DNA of 64,000 nucleotides from Firmicutes bacterium CAG:582 (lineage in GTDB: Bacteria > Bacillota_I > Bacilli_A > RF39 > UBA660), in assembly GCA_000435515.1 (NCBI GenBank), contig FR884179.1, forward strand, positions 2,780 through 66,779, written 5' to 3'. The notes under the pieces are model-generated. The model worked only from the letters and a program-made list of their open reading frames with translations, had not been told where the DNA came from and did no database searches. Below, piece after piece: positions 44,862-53,702 of this stretch; the stretch's first letter is position 1; each line of letters begins with the position of its first letter. The position numbers were made by a program, and so were the translations under genes.

Positions 44862-45924
44862 TTAATAATTCAATTAATCTTGTATTCTTATATATACTTT
44901 CTCTTCCTACTTTTTCATATTCAAGAAGACCAGCATCTACTAATTGATTTAGATAAGTTGCAGCAGTTTGTCTTGTAACCCCACAACTTTGTTCAATATA
45001 ATTTATTCTTGTATATACCTCAAAGAATAATGAATTCAATAATTCATCCGAATAAACCTTAGGCAATTTTTCTATAAATTCACTTTTAAAAGATTCCATT
45101 TCTTCTTGAATTTTTTTTATCAACTCTATCGTATTTTTTGATGTTTCTTCTACACCTTTTAAAATATAAACTATCCAATCCTCATAATTGTTTTCATTCC
45201 TAAATTCAGTAAATAGTCTATAATAGTCACCTTTATTTTTATTTATATAATTGCTTAAATAAAGAATCGGACTGTCTAATAAATTATTTAATACTAAATA
45301 CAAAACATTTAATATTCTTCCAGTTCTTCCATTTCCATCATAGAAAGGATGAATGCTTTCAAATTGATAATGGATTAATGCCATTTTAATTAATGGATCG
45401 ATGTCATCATCATAATTATTAATATAATCTTCCAAATTCTTTAACAAATCTCTGATTTCACTTTCAGATTGAGGTGGTGTATAAATAATTTCACCAGTGA
45501 GACTATTAACTAAATTAGTGCCCGGATTTTTTCTTATACCGCTCTTATTTGGTTCAATCATAGCTTGTAACTCAACTAATATATTTGTTGAAATAAATAC
45601 TTTTTCTCTTATTATTTCATATCCATGCCAAACAGCACTTCGATAATCAACTACTTCTTTTGCAGCACCATCTTTAAATCCACTTTCAGTTAGAACTTTA
45701 TAAATACTATCATGAGTTGTAACTATATTTTCAATCGCACTACTATCTTTTGCTTCATTTATAGTAATTGCATTTATAAGAATATGTTGATTTGGAATTG
45801 AATTAGCAAACCCTTTTAATTCGGCAAGAGATCTTGATGCATTATTTAAATATTCAAGAATTCTCGATGTCTTTAAATCATAGTCATTAAATGGTAATAC
45901 CTTCATAAATTCATCACTCCTCAT
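44851..45924 (-). CDS. Fic family protein (AMPylase-type) with an N-terminal inhibitory motif and a C-terminal winged-helix domain
   Basis: Fic motif HPFYDGNGRTGR. The N-terminal SSAIEN matches the (S/T)xxxE(G/N) auto-inhibition motif. The C-terminus ...GVTRQTAATYLNQLVDAGLL... looks like a wHTH. Confidence 0.85.
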   Translation of the reverse strand: MRSDEFMKVLPFNDYDLKTSRILEYLNNASRSLAELKGFANSIPNQHILINAITINEAKDSSAIENIVTTHDSIYKVLTESGFKDGAAKEVVDYRSAVWHGYEIIREKVFISTNILVELQAMIEPNKSGIRKNPGTNLVNSLTGEIIYTPPQSESEIRDLLKNLEDYINNYDDDIDPLIKMALIHYQFESIHPFYDGNGRTGRILNVLYLVLNNLLDSPILYLSNYINKNKGDYYRLFTEFRNENNYEDWIVYILKGVEETSKNTIELIKKIQEEMESFKSEFIEKLPKVYSDELLNSLFFEVYTRINYIEQSCGVTRQTAATYLNQLVDAGLLEYEKVGRESIYKNTRLIELLSKF

Positions 45925-46011
45925 GTTAAATAATACACTATTTTTTTAACATAAACAATAAATATGTTAAAATTTTACATTTTTTTTAACGTATTAAAAC
46001 AATGTGTTAAA
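45923..46011. promoter_or_regulatory. five alternating TGTTAAA / TTTAACA half-sites upstream of fic
   Basis: ATGTTAAA 45923, TTTAACAT 45945, ATGTTAAA 45964, TTTAACGT 45985, GTGTTAAA 46004. Spacing is 19-22 bp with alternating orientation. Confidence 0.45.
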
Positions 46012-46032
46012 AATTTTAAATAATTTGCATCT

Positions 46033-46076
46033 GAAAAAAACCACGAACAAGTAGTTTTTAATTATCTATAAAATTA
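46033..46076 (-). repeat. right copy of the direct repeat flanking fic; tyrS 3' end plus a degenerate terminator
   Basis: GAAAAAAACCACGAACAAGTAGTTTTTAATTATCTATAAAATTA. From CCAC to AATT there are 3 mismatches in 23 positions against the left copy. One mismatch breaks the hairpin. Confidence 0.5.
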
Positions 46077-47302
46077 ACTTTCAAAAATACTTTTTTACCT
46101 TTTTGTAATACTAAAGCATTATCTTTTAAGTCAGCATCTGTTACTATAAAATTTATATCATTTATTTTTTCTTGATTTAAACTAATACCATTTTGTTCAA
46201 TAAGTCTTCTTGCTTCAGATTTAGATGAAGCAATTTTTGCTTCAACTAGCAAATCAATTATATTTATATTTAGCATTTTTCTTGAAATATTAATTGATGG
46301 CATATTTTCAGATATTCCATTATTGTTAAATAGTTCTTCAGCTGTTTCTAGAGCTTGTTTTGCTTCAGCTTCTCCATGTACTAATTTTGTAACTTCAAAC
46401 GCAAGTAGTTTTTTCGCTTTTCTTATGTCATTTTTACATAATTCTTTAATATCCGATATTTCCATTCTTGTAAAAAATGATAGACTTCTTTCAACATCTT
46501 CATCAAAAGAATTTATCCAAGCTTGAAAAAATTCAAATGGTGTTGTTTTATCTCTTGAAACCCAAAGTGTTCCACTAGCTGTTTTACCCATTTTCTCTCC
46601 ATCAGCTTTTATAAGCAATGGACAAGTAAAACCATATAAAGGATCAATTTTTTTACCATTGTTATATCCTAGTTTTATAGAAAGATCAGCGCCTGCTAAA
46701 ATATTTCCCCATTGATCAGAGCCACCAATCTGTAATCGACATCCAAACTTTTCATTTAAATGCACAAAGTCGAATGCTTGCATTAACATATATCCCATTT
46801 CTAAAAATGTTAATCCACCGTTTTCTAATCTTTTTTTGTAACAATCAGCAGCAAGCATGTTGTTTACATTAAAATGAACTCCTATGTCTCTCATAAAATC
46901 AACATATGTCTTATCACAAATCCAGTCAGCATTATCTACTATAATAGCTGGATTCTCTCCATCTGTTTTAACAAATCTTTTTACTAATTCTTTAACTTCT
47001 GCTTTATTATGAGCAACCTCTTCTTTTGAAAGCATTTTTCTCATATCACTTTTACCTGTGGGATCTCCGATTAGAGCAGTTGCTCCTCCAATCAAGATTA
47101 TTCCATGATGTCCAAAGTCTTGAAGCCACCTAAATAATGTTAGAGCAAAAAAATGACCTATGTGCAAACTATCAGCAGTTGGATCAATACCTAAGTAAAA
47201 AGTCATAGATTCTCCATTAATTAATTCTATTATCTCATCTCTGTGAGTTAAATCTTTTACATATCCTCGTTCTTCAAGAATATCAAACAAATTCTTTTCC
47301 AT
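46058..47302 (-). CDS. tyrS: tyrosine--tRNA ligase
   Basis: HIGH (DSLHIGHF) and KMSKS-type (EKMGKT) motifs. C-terminal S4-like domain. Preceded by a T-box with a UAC specifier. Confidence 0.95.
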   Translation of the reverse strand: MEKNLFDILEERGYVKDLTHRDEIIELINGESMTFYLGIDPTADSLHIGHFFALTLFRWLQDFGHHGIILIGGATALIGDPTGKSDMRKMLSKEEVAHNKAEVKELVKRFVKTDGENPAIIVDNADWICDKTYVDFMRDIGVHFNVNNMLAADCYKKRLENGGLTFLEMGYMLMQAFDFVHLNEKFGCRLQIGGSDQWGNILAGADLSIKLGYNNGKKIDPLYGFTCPLLIKADGEKMGKTASGTLWVSRDKTTPFEFFQAWINSFDEDVERSLSFFTRMEISDIKELCKNDIRKAKKLLAFEVTKLVHGEAEAKQALETAEELFNNNGISENMPSINISRKMLNINIIDLLVEAKIASSKSEARRLIEQNGISLNQEKINDINFIVTDADLKDNALVLQKGKKVFLKVNFIDN

Positions 47303-47378
47303 ATTTTTTTATTTCTCCTTTTCTGTTTATATAGCTAATTAAAATTAATTCATTAAAGTAATAATAATAACTATCCAT
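47283..47378 (-). CDS. 31-codon upstream ORF with four consecutive Tyr codons, overlapping the tyrS SD and start
   Basis: Absent from the ORF track. AAGGAGGTG SD, 8-nt spacer, then ATG. Translation: MDSYYYYFNELILISYINRKGEIKKYGKEFV. Tyr codons at 47358-47369. Stop TGA at 47283-47285, inside tyrS and out of frame. Confidence 0.4.
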   Translation of the reverse strand: MDSYYYYFNELILISYINRKGEIKKYGKEFV

Positions 47379-47396
47379 ACAAACCACCTCCTTGAA

Positions 47397-47610
47397 ATAA
47401 AAAAGAGCAATAAGTCCAAAAAGGACGAATTGCTCGCGGTACCACCTTTATTCGTAATAATAGTTTATTACCTCTTCTTGATAACGGAAAAATCCGATTA
47501 AAATCATCATCTGTAATTCATTATTATAAAATTACTTGTTTACACCACCCACAAGCTCTCTATTTAACTCTTAAAATAACTACTTTAAATGAATCGCTTT
47601 TTAATTAACC
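47397..47610 (-). promoter_or_regulatory. T-box riboswitch leader (Tyr/UAC specifier) with terminator
   Basis: Minus strand: T-box AAAGGUGGUACCGCGAG (47433-47449). Terminator GAGCAAU...AUUGCUC plus a U-run. AGAGA box and distal loop CUUGU-GGGUGGUGUAA-ACAAG. GAAU-UAC-A at 47513-47515. Promoter TTGACT-17-TATATT at 47617-47645. Confidence 0.85.
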
Positions 47611-47718
47611 ATTAAAAATATACTATAATATATGAAAAAAGTCAAAACTTACCCTATTAATTTATCAAAACTTTTCGGCTAAATGACGATTTTTATTCGG
47701 TTAATCGCTGATTTTGGA

Positions 47719-47746
47719 TTAAAAAAACTACCTAAAAAGGTAGTTT
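47719..47746 (-). terminator. rho-independent terminator of ffh (overlaps its last codons)
   Basis: Minus strand: AAACUACC-UUUUUA-GGUAGUUU followed by a U-run. Confidence 0.65.
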
Positions 47747-49039
47747 CATATTTCCATTACTCATTTGTTTCATCATTGTTTTCATGTTTTCAAATTGTTT
47801 TAAAAGTCTATTGATTTCTTCAACACTTCTTCCACATCCTTTTGAAATACGTAGTTTTCTAGAATTTTTTATAACTTCTGGATGTTTTCTTTCATAAGGA
47901 GTCATTGAAAGAATTATTGCTTCTACATGAGCCATATCTTTTGGATCAATATTTATATTATTAAGTCCCATTTTTCTAGCTCCTGGCATCATTTTAAGTA
48001 AATTTTCTAAAGGGCCTAGTTTTCTGATTTGTTTCATGTTTGTTAAAAAATCTTCTAAAGTGTAATCACCTTTTTTCATCTTTTTAGCTAAATCATTTGC
48101 TTCATCTTCTGAAACAACGTTTTCAACTTTTTCAGCTATTGAAAGAATATCACCCATATCTAGAATTCTTTCAGCCATTCTCTCTGGATAAAATTCACTT
48201 AATCCATCAAGTTTTTCAGAATCTCCTATAAACTTAATTGGAATATTTGTTAAATGTCTTACAGATAAGGCAACTCCACCTTTTGTATTTCCATCCATTT
48301 TAGTTAAAATTGCACCAGTTAAATTAAGTTTATCATTAAATCCATTAATAACATTTATTGCATCTTGTCCCATCATTGCATCTATTACTAAAAGGATTTC
48401 ATCTGGTTTAAATTCATTTTCAACAGTTTTAAGTTCATCCATTAAAGATTCATCTATATGAAGTCTACCAGCTGTATCAATAATTATAAAATCATGATTA
48501 TTTTCTTTAGCATAAAGAAGGGCATCACTTACTATTTCTTTTACTGGTTTTGTTCCCTCTTCAAAAACTGGAATATTTAATTGTTTACCAATTTCTTTTA
48601 ATTGATCAATTGCTGCTGGTCTATAAATATCACACGCAACTAATAAAGGATTCTTTTTATTTTTCTTTCTAACTAAAGCTGCAATTTTACCTGAAGTTGT
48701 AGTTTTACCACTACCTTGAAGACCAACCATCATTACAATAGTTGGTTTTTTATTAACTTCAAGAGGAACATAATCTCCACCAAGTAAAGAAACAAGTTCA
48801 TCTTTAACAACCTTAATAAACACTTCTTCTGGTTTTAAAGATTTAGAAACCTCCATACCCAAAGCTTTATCTTTAACACTTTTAGTAAATTCTTTAACAA
48901 CTTCATAGTTAACATCTGCTTCTAAAAGAGCTGTTCTTATTTCTCTTATTGCATCTCCTATATTTGCTTCAGTAATTTTCCCCATGCCTTTAATATTTTT
49001 TATGGCATTGCTTAATCTATCTCCCATATATTCAAACAT
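47732..49039 (-). CDS. ffh: signal recognition particle protein Ffh
   Basis: NG domain GLQGSGKTTTSGK, DTAGRL and TKMDG. Met-rich M domain (MKQIRKLGPLENLLKMMPG). Confidence 0.95.
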   Translation of the reverse strand: MFEYMGDRLSNAIKNIKGMGKITEANIGDAIREIRTALLEADVNYEVVKEFTKSVKDKALGMEVSKSLKPEEVFIKVVKDELVSLLGGDYVPLEVNKKPTIVMMVGLQGSGKTTTSGKIAALVRKKNKKNPLLVACDIYRPAAIDQLKEIGKQLNIPVFEEGTKPVKEIVSDALLYAKENNHDFIIIDTAGRLHIDESLMDELKTVENEFKPDEILLVIDAMMGQDAINVINGFNDKLNLTGAILTKMDGNTKGGVALSVRHLTNIPIKFIGDSEKLDGLSEFYPERMAERILDMGDILSIAEKVENVVSEDEANDLAKKMKKGDYTLEDFLTNMKQIRKLGPLENLLKMMPGARKMGLNNINIDPKDMAHVEAIILSMTPYERKHPEVIKNSRKLRISKGCGRSVEEINRLLKQFENMKTMMKQMSNGNMKLPF

Positions 49040-49086
49040 AAACTCATCTCCTTGTAGTTAAATAATATAATTTATTTTATCATATC

Positions 49087-49752
49087 TTATTCATAAATAA
49101 TAAGAAAGTAATACTTGTTATCAACTTTATATATATTGATACCAACATAATTTAAATATTTATTTGTACCAACATCGGTATTCTTTAATGTTTCATTCGC
49201 GATAACTTTATAACCATTATTGCTGCTCAAAATATTACTTTGATATCCATAATAGTTATAACCATATAAATAACTTTTTAAACCTTCATCATGAATACTT
49301 TCCCATTTAATAGAAGCATCAATCGCTAAATCTCTTATATCCTTTTTCAAACTTAGGGTATTCAAACCATTTCTTTTTCTTGTATCATTAATAATATTAA
49401 AGATATTTAAACACCATTCATCAAGTTCACTTGGATTAACTATACTTACGATTTTCTCAGTTGTAGTTGTTATTCCTTTAGTTGTTATTTTTTTTGTTGC
49501 TGTTGTAGTAACTTTTGTTGAACTTGTTTTCGTCGTAGTTATCTCCGTAACTGCTTCTGTAACTATTTTTGTTGTTGTTTCAGTTGTTGATTCTTTTGTC
49601 GTTGTACTTTCTTGTATTGTTGTTTTATCATGTTTTGGTACTTTATTTTCTTCTTTAATATTAAAGTAAGTTATAACTGTAAAAGAAAGAAGTAATACAA
49701 CTATAAAGATAATTAAAGTTACTAACATTATTATTTTTTCTTTATCTCTCAC
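49087..49752 (-). CDS. membrane-anchored protein with a Thr-rich linker and a CAP/SCP(YkwD)-like C-terminal domain
   Basis: TM anchor, a low-complexity T/K/E linker, then ...IINDTRKRNGLNTLSLKKDIRDLA..., which resembles the CAP domain N-terminus. Tentative. Confidence 0.4.
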   Translation of the reverse strand: MRDKEKIIMLVTLIIFIVVLLLSFTVITYFNIKEENKVPKHDKTTIQESTTTKESTTETTTKIVTEAVTEITTTKTSSTKVTTTATKKITTKGITTTTEKIVSIVNPSELDEWCLNIFNIINDTRKRNGLNTLSLKKDIRDLAIDASIKWESIHDEGLKSYLYGYNYYGYQSNILSSNNGYKVIANETLKNTDVGTNKYLNYVGINIYKVDNKYYFLIIYE

Positions 49753-49775
49753 ATTCTCACCTAAACCTTATTATA

Positions 49776-52649
49776 CTAAATTTTACTTATATTAGATACA
49801 ACTATTTGATATTTATCCATTCTTTTTTCGACTCTTCCACGCACTTTAACTAAAGATCCAACTGAAACATCTTTTAATCCTGGAAAAGCTTCTTTAAATA
49901 TCGTAAATTCTGAAGTACCTGTTTCGTCACTTGCTTCTAAAAATGCCATATCATCACCATTTTTAGTTTTAATCTTTTTGATTTTTTCAACCAAAACTAC
50001 AGTATCAACAACTTTATCAAAGTTTTCTTTAATATTTGCTTGTTTAAATGAATTTACATATTTACTCGCTGGATGATTAGTAACATAAAAACCATAAAGA
50101 GAAAGTTCCATATTCATAAGTTCTCCATCATCAAATTCATCTACTTCATTCATAACAGGCTCACTTACTAAAGAAGAATCTAAATCGCGTATTAATTCAG
50201 CATAAGTTATACTGGAATTTAAATTGGTTATTAAAGTCTTTCTATTAATACCTAAATCATCAAAAACACCAGCTTTTATCAAAATTTCAACTATATTTTG
50301 ATTTACTATTTTTTTATAACATCTTGCAAGAAAATCATTAAAACTCTTAAACTCACCATTTTCTCTTTCTTTAATTATTCCATCTGTTACTTGAGAAGAA
50401 ATTCCTTTTATACTTCTAAATGGAAGTAATATGGCATTATTTTCACATTCATATAGATATCCTGATTTATTGATACTAGGTTTAATTATTTTTATATCAT
50501 TTCCTTTAGCTTCCGTAATATACTCTTTTGTTTTTTCTTCTCCACCAATATTAGTATTAAGTAAACTTGCATAGAATTCACATTTATAATTTACTTTTAA
50601 ATAAGCCATTTCATATGCTAAAAGTGCATAAGCAACCGAATGTGATTTATTAAAACCAAATGATGCAAATTTTTCAATAAACTTAAATACTTCTTCTGCA
50701 CATTCTTTAGAATATCCATTTTTTATTGATTCTTCAATGAATATTTTTCTTTCACTTTCCATTACTTCTACTTTTTTCTTGCTTATGGCTCTTCTAACAA
50801 TATCAGCATGAGCATAACTATAATTTCCCATCGTCCTTAAAATTTCCATTATTTGCTCTTGATATACAATTATTCCATAAGTTTCATCCAAAATACTCTT
50901 TAAAGACTCATCAAAAGTAGAATATTTAAAATGTTTGTTCTTACGATCACACAAAACATCAATATTTTCCATTGGGCCTGGTCTATATACTGCTAAAGCT
51001 AAAACCAAATCTTCAAATTTATCAGGTTTAAATTTTTTTAAAAAACTTTTCATTCCAAATGACTCAAATTGAAATATACCTAGAGTATGTGCCTCTTTAA
51101 AAAGATTATATACTTTTTCATCATTTAAGGGTATTGCCATTAAATTAAAATTATCATCAATTTTTTTAATTGTATTTTTAATAATAGTTAAATTTTTAAG
51201 AGCTAAAAAGTCCATTTTTAAAAGGCCAAGACTTTCAAGTTCATTCATTGTATACCCTGTTAAAGTTATATCACTTTTCTTAATTATTGGAATAACATCA
51301 GTTAATTTCACACTAGAAATAACTACTCCAGCAGCATGCATACTTTCATTTTTCTTTAATCCTTCAATAACACATGCTTCTTTATAAACTTTCTTTAGTA
51401 ATGAATTTCTATTTATTACTTCTAAAACATTTTTATTTAAATTGCCCTTTAAAGGCTTTTTACTATCAATAAATTGCAACAACGATTGAATTAAATTTTC
51501 TTTAACATTGTTGATTTTACCAACTGTTCTAATTGCTTCACGTGCTTGAAAAGTTCCGTATGTTATTATTCTTGCAACATACTCACTTCCATACTTTTCT
51601 TTTACATAGTTAAATACTTCATCTACTCTCTCATATTCAAAATCGATATCAATATCGGGCATAGTTATTCTTTCTGGATTTAAAAATCTTTCAAATAATA
51701 AATTATATTTTAAAGGATCAATTTCTGTTATACCAAGAGAATATGAAACTAAGGAAGAAACTGCACTTCCTCTTCCGGGACCAATTAGAATACCATTTTT
51801 CTTAGCATATCTAACATAATCAAAAACGATTAAAAAATAATTTGAAAACCCCATCTTATTGATTATATCTAATTCATATAAAAGTCTTTCTTTATATTTT
51901 AAAGGTACATCATTACTAAGTCTTCTATTTAATCCTTTAATTGCTAAATTCTTTAAATATTCTTGGCTATTTTCAACATATACCGGAATATATGAAGTAG
52001 CATTAGGAAATTCAATATCAATTAAATCTGTTAACCTAGAGGTATCATATTCTTTTATCTCTAAAATAGATTCTCTATAGTCTTTTAATGAAAATTCACC
52101 TAAAGTAATATTTTTATTTATCATATCTAAATAATTGATATATTTTGAAGCCTCTTCAGTTAAGGATAAAGTTTCATTTATATATATAACATCTTCACTT
52201 ATAGATAATTCATCTACTCTTTCTTCATCTGTTTTAAATGATAAAAATACTTTAGAAAAAATCTTCTTCATATTTTCATATATTTCTAAACTTTCATAGT
52301 TTATTACACATATAATATCTTCAGAATAATTTTTAAGAGTTTTAAAACTTTTTTCCTCTAAACTAGAAAATTTAAATAGATTAGTAAGTCCATGATAATT
52401 AACTGGATATAAATATACCTCTTTATCTTCAATTATAATATCTAAGCCTATTACTGGTTTTATATTATTTTTTTTACACATTTCATAAAATATATGTGAA
52501 GAATTTAAATTATCATCAAGAATTCCGATTACATTTAATCCATTATTTTTAGCATACAAAATATAGTCTTCAATTTTAATAAGACTTTTTAATATACTAA
52601 AATCAGTTTTAACACCTAACGGATAAAACATATCATCACCTATATCCAT
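49776..52649 (-). CDS. dnaE: DNA polymerase III alpha subunit, DnaE-type (short form)
   Basis: PHP domain, polymerase core (...GPGRGSAVSSLVSYSLGITEIDP...PDIDIDF...), HhH and a C-terminal OB fold. The start is probably MFYPLGVKTDFS at 52631. Confidence 0.9.
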   Translation of the reverse strand: MDIGDDMFYPLGVKTDFSILKSLIKIEDYILYAKNNGLNVIGILDDNLNSSHIFYEMCKKNNIKPVIGLDIIIEDKEVYLYPVNYHGLTNLFKFSSLEEKSFKTLKNYSEDIICVINYESLEIYENMKKIFSKVFLSFKTDEERVDELSISEDVIYINETLSLTEEASKYINYLDMINKNITLGEFSLKDYRESILEIKEYDTSRLTDLIDIEFPNATSYIPVYVENSQEYLKNLAIKGLNRRLSNDVPLKYKERLLYELDIINKMGFSNYFLIVFDYVRYAKKNGILIGPGRGSAVSSLVSYSLGITEIDPLKYNLLFERFLNPERITMPDIDIDFEYERVDEVFNYVKEKYGSEYVARIITYGTFQAREAIRTVGKINNVKENLIQSLLQFIDSKKPLKGNLNKNVLEVINRNSLLKKVYKEACVIEGLKKNESMHAAGVVISSVKLTDVIPIIKKSDITLTGYTMNELESLGLLKMDFLALKNLTIIKNTIKKIDDNFNLMAIPLNDEKVYNLFKEAHTLGIFQFESFGMKSFLKKFKPDKFEDLVLALAVYRPGPMENIDVLCDRKNKHFKYSTFDESLKSILDETYGIIVYQEQIMEILRTMGNYSYAHADIVRRAISKKKVEVMESERKIFIEESIKNGYSKECAEEVFKFIEKFASFGFNKSHSVAYALLAYEMAYLKVNYKCEFYASLLNTNIGGEEKTKEYITEAKGNDIKIIKPSINKSGYLYECENNAILLPFRSIKGISSQVTDGIIKERENGEFKSFNDFLARCYKKIVNQNIVEILIKAGVFDDLGINRKTLITNLNSSITYAELIRDLDSSLVSEPVMNEVDEFDDGELMNMELSLYGFYVTNHPASKYVNSFKQANIKENFDKVVDTVVLVEKIKKIKTKNGDDMAFLEASDETGTSEFTIFKEAFPGLKDVSVGSLVKVRGRVEKRMDKYQIVVSNISKI

Positions 52650-52694
52650 TATACACCATTACTTATCTAAACAAAATTAAAAACGTAAAAATTA

Positions 52695-52723
52695 TTGACT
52701 TATCTAAATTATCTTGATATAAT
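52695..52723 (+). promoter_or_regulatory. sigma-A promoter of rpmB
   Basis: TTGACT, 17 nt, TATAAT, about 30 nt upstream of the AGGAGGG SD. Confidence 0.65.
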
Positions 52724-52753
52724 CTTAAAGAATTCTTTAAAGGAGGGAAAACT

Positions 52754-52924
52754 ATGGCAAAGAAATTAACTGGTAGAAAACCTTTATTTGGAAATACTAG
52801 ATCACATGCATTAAATCATTCTAGAAGAAAACAAAAATTAAATACACAAACAAAGAAAATTGATGGTGTTAAAGTTACTTTATCAACTCGTGAATGGAAA
52901 ACATTAAATAAGGATGCAGCTTAA
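52754..52924 (+). CDS. rpmB: 50S ribosomal protein L28
   Basis: Absent from the ORF track (56 aa). MAKKLTGRKPLFGNTRSHALNHSRRKQKLNTQTKKIDGVKVTLSTREWKTLNKDAA contains the L28 core G(N)xxSHAxNxxxR. Confidence 0.85.
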   Translation: MAKKLTGRKPLFGNTRSHALNHSRRKQKLNTQTKKIDGVKVTLSTREWKTLNKDAA

Positions 52925-52958
52925 TCGCTGTTTTTTTATTTCTTTATAAGGAGAAAAT

Positions 52959-53702
52959 ATGGAAAATTATAAGGCTGATGTACACATACATTCTAGTTAT
53001 TCATTTGATTCGGATCTTCCAATCAAAACCATTATTGAAAGAGAAAAAGAACTTGGAAATGATGTTATAGCAATAACTGATCACGTTGAATTCGCTCAAA
53101 AAAATATTTTGCAAACTATCAATAGCTTAACAAAACGTGAAAAAGAAATAAGAAAATATGAACAAGGAAAAGATATATTAGTCATCAGAGGTATTGAGAT
53201 ATCAGAACCACATTTATATAAGGAATATGTTGAGTTTTTAAGAAATATGTATGGTATTGAATACATCATTGGAAGTATTCACCATCTAAATGGTAAATCA
53301 TTTAGATATAATAAAGATGCAGTTGATGATTATTTAAGATTAATGTTGGATATGGTTACCTATGGAGATATGGATACTCTTGCTCATATGGATTACATCA
53401 AAAAATATGGAACAAAAAAAAACCTCGATAAAGGCTTAATTGACGAGATTTTAACTACAATTATTGCAAGAGGTATAACTCTTGAAATAAACTCAAGTGG
53501 TTATCGAAGATGTGGGAGTCCATTTCCTAGTGTAGAAATTCTTGAAAGATATATTGATCTTGGTGGAAGCAATGTTGTTATTGGAAGTGATGCACACAAA
53601 AAAAGCGAGCTTTATGACGGCGTAAAACAAGCATGTGAAGATATAAAAGAACTAAAATTAAATAAAGGTGTTATTATTAATAAGCAATTTAAAAGTATAT
53701 AG
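52959..53702 (+). CDS. PHP-domain phosphoesterase (HisJ-family histidinol-phosphatase-like)
   Basis: DVHIHSSYSFDS at the N-terminus, then ...ITDHVEF..., ...GSIHH... and ...GSDAH..., the PHP metal-ligand pattern. Confidence 0.65.
   Translation: MENYKADVHIHSSYSFDSDLPIKTIIEREKELGNDVIAITDHVEFAQKNILQTINSLTKREKEIRKYEQGKDILVIRGIEISEPHLYKEYVEFLRNMYGIEYIIGSIHHLNGKSFRYNKDAVDDYLRLMLDMVTYGDMDTLAHMDYIKKYGTKKNLDKGLIDEILTTIIARGITLEINSSGYRRCGSPFPSVEILERYIDLGGSNVVIGSDAHKKSELYDGVKQACEDIKELKLNKGVIINKQFKSI

Noticed and set aside
49480-49640. Short tandem ACT/ACA-rich DNA repeats (also around 27230-27340 and 60690-60760), considered as possible repeat elements or contingency loci
   Set aside because: They lie in frame inside genes and encode Thr/Lys-rich linker stalks of surface proteins. 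This is low-complexity coding sequence, not mobile or CRISPR-like repeats.
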